DNA from: Amphiscolops sp. MND2022
Lineage: Eukaryota
Length of the DNA stretch: 64,000 bases
NCBI GenBank assembly: GCA_964187785.1
Contig: OZ076409.1
Span: 43,092,001 to 43,156,000, forward strand
Reading direction: 5' to 3'
Shown: in pieces, positions 58,699-64,000 of the stretch
Numbering within the stretch: position 1 is the stretch's first letter
Layout of the letters: the number at the start of each line of letters is the position of its first letter
Notes under the pieces: model-generated
The model's input: only the letters and a program-made list of their open reading frames with translations
What the model was told of the DNA's origin: nothing
The model's database searches: none
Program-made: the position numbers and the translations under genes

Positions 58699-61600
58699 TT
58701 GTTCTCATGTTCTCAAGCATCGTCTTTTGAGTCATAATAATGCGGTCGAATGCAATCATGCGTTTCAAAATTTCTGACAATTACTGAGAACGACTGATGC
58801 ATATACTGTTTCATTCCGAAGATCTGCGAACAATCAAGCAGCACAGGGCATACTAGGGTACCAAAGAAGTACAAGATAGCACGTGATGCATCAGAGTACA
58901 ACTTTCGCGTCTGACAAAATGTATTTTTTCGAAAATATTGTAAATTGTGATAGTATGCGTCTTAAGGTGTTGAATTTTAAAGATGTATCTTGGTACAAGA
59001 TTTTCCGAAAAACCTAACTGTACAGCCTATTTTTTCTAAAATTTTAGAATCATTTCGAAATCAAAACGTATCAGGGTCTTCGGTAATGTCAGGGGTCAAT
59101 GAACATGTCGCGATCACTTTGTTTTCAAGTTTCCCAAGTAAGTACCTTATACAATCACAGATAGTCAAATAGCACGCAGAATACGACGCTACTTTGAAAC
59201 TTATAATGTGACTGAAGTTTATTTGGATCAAAATCGCGGTAAAACTGATGAGGTCTCACCTGCTTTCAAATTTAGAACGGCTTCTTAATGAAACCTGCAG
59301 AACATCGCGGCTCAGAATTACCACCAAATTGAGGACGCATCTTATAGGCAGCTTGATGATTTTAAAATTGAACAGTGAAGTTTTGATGCATGGAAGTCTC
59401 CTTGAGAATTTTATAAACTCATGAAAAACTAGCTTGGTAACTTGGAAAAAGTTCGAGCAGTTTCAACGAGGGTATCCAGTGGCTAAAGGAAACCATGGCG
59501 CTGAAAAGCGTTCTTAATACTACCCGAGTCATTAAGGTAACCTTTTGAAGCTACTGATGAGTTTGTTTTAAAAACGCATTTTAAAAGCATGCAACTGAAT
59601 AAGAGAACAAGCAAAATTAACGAGTTCCGAGTAACTGCATAATTCACGTTTTCCGAGTAACTGCATTTATGGTAGTCGAGTACCTTTTTAAGAATTTTCG
59701 AGGATTTTCCACCAGTGCCCTCCAGTGATTTACCGGTGTTCACATTTTGGAAACGGAAATTCTACCTCAAACGTGTCTCCGTCGATGGCTACTGGTCGTC
59801 CGCAGTTGGCGTCCCGGTACGGGTTTGAGTTTTTTGAGCTTCAAGTGGGCGTCACCCATTTATACCAAAATAGTAAGGGTTAACCTAGAGAATTCAACCG
59901 GCAGAAACTTAGTTTCGTGCGAGTTTTATCTGTTGAGATATTTAAATTTTTTGTTTGACCCAAAACTGAATTGAATGACCACAAAATGACCAATTGAAAT
60001 TTATTTCGGCAACTTTCATGCATTTTTGAACAATTTTCGAAGAATTTCGCGGGTTAGAGTGTTCAAAAGGCGGAACAACAAAAAACTGGCAATGCAATAC
60101 AATATTTTATAGAAAGTATTGCAGTTTAGAAAACAAAAAAGTCAAAAAAACCAAATGATTCAAAGATTCATGCAAATTTTCTGGAAAAATTTCGCAGTTC
60201 AAAACAATGAAGTCGTTCAACAAGGAATAGGTCCGTTGTCAATAGGTCCTTTGTCAAGTAGGCTTTTTTCGAGAAATATATGCAGTTGTTTGAAGGTCAT
60301 ACACCCGAATTCACCCTCAAAACTGACACAAAAATCCAAAAAGTTTCATGAACTTTTTAAAAATATTTTGTAACGTTTGCAAGGACTTCGTGGATTAGAA
60401 TCATTAAACCAATGATACGCAACGTCTTTACTCGTTGTATTTAGACATTGTTTGAAGAGATATAAGCAATTTTGCTGAGATGATTGCCTCAAGATGATAC
60501 CAAAACAATTGAAAAAAAGCAAAAAAAAACATTTTCTATTCTTATCGCAAATGTAAATTTTCAACTTTTTTCTAGAAGAATTTTTCAATTCTTCCATAAG
60601 GAACGAATGCGTTGTCTAATGTCCGATTGTGAAAAGATATTTCAGCTTTTGGTTCCCGAATTGCTTCAAATTGGAACCGGAAATAGTAAAAAAATCCAAA
60701 AAAATCCATTTTTTTAAACAATGTATGCAATTTTGTAAGCTATCGATATTTTGTCGAACTAGACCTTCGAAACCGTTCAACAACGAGTGACTTCGTTGTC
60801 CAGTAGGCTATTTAAATAAAGATAGGCAGTTTTTTGCTAGTAAAGTGCCTGAAGGTTACCTCAAAGTAGTCGAAAAAATCAAAAACTTTCCGATTTTCAA
60901 CGTTTTTATAGATTTATTGTGACATGTTCGTGAACGTTTCGTCGTTTCGAATGTTTAACAAGTGTAACCATGGAACAACTAGCTACACGCTATCACGCTA
61001 TGCTTTTTGAAAAGCAAAACTTTCCGTCTTATGAAAGAACGACACCTCAGAACCTAGAATATAATTTGTGTCATTTCAATTGCCACTTTTTAAAATTTTC
61101 TGATACATTCCGTAGATTAAAAGTTGAAAGTGTTCAACGACAAATAAGATATACATTACGGTTTTCTGTGATAACTACAGGTTGTGTTGAAAAATTGCCT
61201 CAAGTTCAACCTTAAAAAAATTTTTAGCAATGCAGTCCCAATTTTGTTCAATATGAGGTAATTCAATATATACTTTTTCAATTTTTAAATTAGTACTATT
61301 AATGATAATGTTCATTATATGTAAGATTTGAAATTTCCTCAAATTGTACAAACCATTTAACGTTTGTGAGAAAATTCCTTTATAACTTGAATAAAGTTAT
61401 TTTCAACGATAGGAGGAATATATAAAGTTGGAAAACTGAAAAAAAGGTTACTCTATGTTCTTTTTATGTAGGAAAAGTTCCTCGAAATGACGAAACAGTT
61501 TTTGCAGACGTACCCCACTTTCGGACAGCTTGGTAGCTTGAATTAGAAAAGCCACCAGGATCAGCATTGGAAAAATACGCTGTACTGCTTTATGGAACAA

Positions 61601-64000
61601 TACGTACAGTATGCTATACAATAAGCAGTATGCTTTTCAAAAAAATTGAGGGTAAAGTTCTATTACTATGAAACAATATCGAAAAATGTAAAACTTCCAT
61701 GTTTTCGACATCTTTCGCCAAATTCTAATCAAGTTTTCATCGATTTGTTGAGAATGAAAGTTTGAAAATTTCGGAAGTTCACAAATCGCAAATTCTGGAA
61801 TGTAACTTGTTTTCACGAAATCACAGAAAGTCAAAAAAGTGAATTCTTTGGCAGCTTAGTGTAAGCGTTTTGTTTGGTAGAAAGAATGTATTTACTGCAA
61901 TGATGCATGATTTGAATTGAAAAATGACAAAACTTTCACCTTTCAGTTTCACCCTAAATTTGTACAATTTTTGGACGTTTTTGTGGCAGTTTGATTGAGC
62001 ATTTCTGAAAACAATAACGTCTAGTTACTCAGTATGTTTTTTTCAGTTGAATTTTTGGAATGAAATTGTTGGTTTAAAAAGCAAAAAATAAGAAGACAAC
62101 AACCGGCAGATACATTTTTGGAGACATAGAGAGATATTTACAGCTTCTATTCCATCATCAATTGACCTGATGGCTGCAACCATGGTACTGTAGCTTCTTC
62201 TGGGTAAATGGTATCGAGAAATGTACCGTTTTTCAATGTCAAAACCGGGCCAGTCGCAGACCTGGCGTTTTTCGGTATTTGACTTTTTCTTCTTTTTTCA
62301 CAACTTCAGACTGTATTTAGCATTGGGATTTCATTTTTTGAAAAACTTACGTGGATACTGGTATTCACAGTTCAACAACAAAACATTTGCGAACAGATTT
62401 TTCTTTTGAGTTGACAGCAGTGATCTTATTGTGTGATCTTATAAGTTTTTCTTACTGTTTTTACTTCAGACTAGTTCCGAAAATAAGTACAAAGAAAATC
62501 AGCCGAATCAATATTGAAAAAGCTTAATGACAACTACTCAAAAATCATCCAACATCAATAGTTCACAGTATAAACCTTTTGTTGCTTATACGCTTATCAT
62601 ATCTTTTTTTACCTTGTTTGGAATTCTCATTAGCTTCAAGACACGCGGTGCCTATAAATGTCCCCAAATGATCCCGGATCATTAAAGCTCATCATTAAAG
62701 AATATGTTGTTTTTACCCTATCAGGCGTGATTTTTTGTTTCATGTTCCACTTCGTTTCTAGTTTGTCTCAAGACAAATAGTGGGAAAAAGTGTTGAAAAA
62801 ATGCTTATTGCTTCTTGCACCGCGCTGATGACTCTATACATACCCCAAATGAAAAATTGATTACAATTTCAGCTTTGTTCAATTTCCCTGGAAATAATCC
62901 ATGTGAAATCAAGGACCTCCACAGCAGGGAAACTATAATTAAATTAAGGTTTACAAAATACTATCAAACAGAAATTTCACAAGATCTGTTGTTTCTCCAA
63001 AAACACATTTTCACTGATATAAGGCATTGCTTGAATAAGACTCTACTGTTAATTATAGACACTACAAAAAACTGTATAACATTTATTTGGGCCTTCCTAA
63101 TATGAGACACTCCTCCTAACTTTACTGTGCATCTGCAAGCTAAATCGCTACAATCACATTTATGTGAGTGTAGGCCCTCTGCTTCCGCAGACATGTCTCA
63201 AAGCGTGTGAATTTAGCAAATCAGCACTGATTTTGCGGAAACCACGCAACGAAAATGGCGGTTTTTGGAATTCGAGGGGTTGTAATATTGGCCGGTTTCA
63301 TTTTTGGGAAACTGGGACCAAGAATATGCCATCAATATGCCGAGAAATTCGTGTCTGGGATTCCACAAAAAGCATTTTAGCCTATCATATACCTGTAAAT
63401 TTAAACGCGTCAGTTTTCGCTCACATTTAATTAGCCGCATTTAAATTTAATGAGCCAAAAAGAAAACATAAATTCAATAACCACAAACAAGTCCCAACTA
63501 ATGTCACACTTTCCGAAAAATTGTCCGCTTTTCTTTCTTTCATCTTTATATAGGTGGTGTGTTTCTTTCAATTCTTCTCTACACTGTACTATAGTAGAAT
63601 ATAATTATGCTATAGTGAAATACAATAGGGATACACTACAATTTTACCACTCGGAATAAATTTGAATATATGTATATATATTTTGAAACAATTAGAGTGG
63701 AAATAGAGAGATTTTGAGTCCACTTTGAGTCGACTTGCGAAGCTTCTTAACCGAGGAAAAGATTTCACTTAGGTAATAACAGAAATGACTCCCAAAATGG
63801 TATCATTACAGCGTTCCATTTTCTGTTTAAACTTTAGTTTCAACGGGAATAATTTTGAAAAGCTTATTGAATTACTTGGAATAGAAATGAAAGATTTTGG
63901 GGGGCATGTGTTCTTTCCATCCCCCCTTTCCAACTTTACTGCCCCCCCCCCCAGGTACACCTTGTTGCTGATTCCCCATCGACCACCCCCAACACGAAAG

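Noticed and set aside
58497..58780. Poly-Pro and poly-Gly ORFs
   Set aside because: They are generated by the (CCT)n microsatellite and overlap a TIR element end.

Overview
AT-rich, transposon-dense eukaryotic (probably invertebrate) genomic DNA; no prokaryotic operons, rRNA, tRNA genes or CRISPR arrays were seen. The main feature is a complete, recently inserted 13.9-kb Ty3/Gypsy LTR retrotransposon on the minus strand (21385-35324). It has ~3-kb LTRs, a 5-bp TSD, a tRNA-Asn-type PBS and a UUUAAAC -1 frameshift site. Its Pol carries a TARG1/OARD1 (Poa1p/DarG-like) macrodomain between RNase H and integrase. A degraded RTE-like LINE (~42280-46231, minus strand) has a candidate HDV-like ribozyme at its 5' end and a 2A-like NPGP motif before the endonuclease. 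That LINE is nested in a probable solo LTR, which lies in an intron of a probable rhodopsin-family GPCR gene on the plus strand. The rest is non-autonomous DNA elements: Tc1/mariner MITEs, CACTA/EnSpm-like elements with 2-bp TSDs, a foldback element and an abundant Helentron/HINE-like family. There is also a 1.48-kb tandem duplication that preserves an empty insertion site, and a perfect 62-bp palindrome. All family assignments come from motif recognition by eye, not from database searches.
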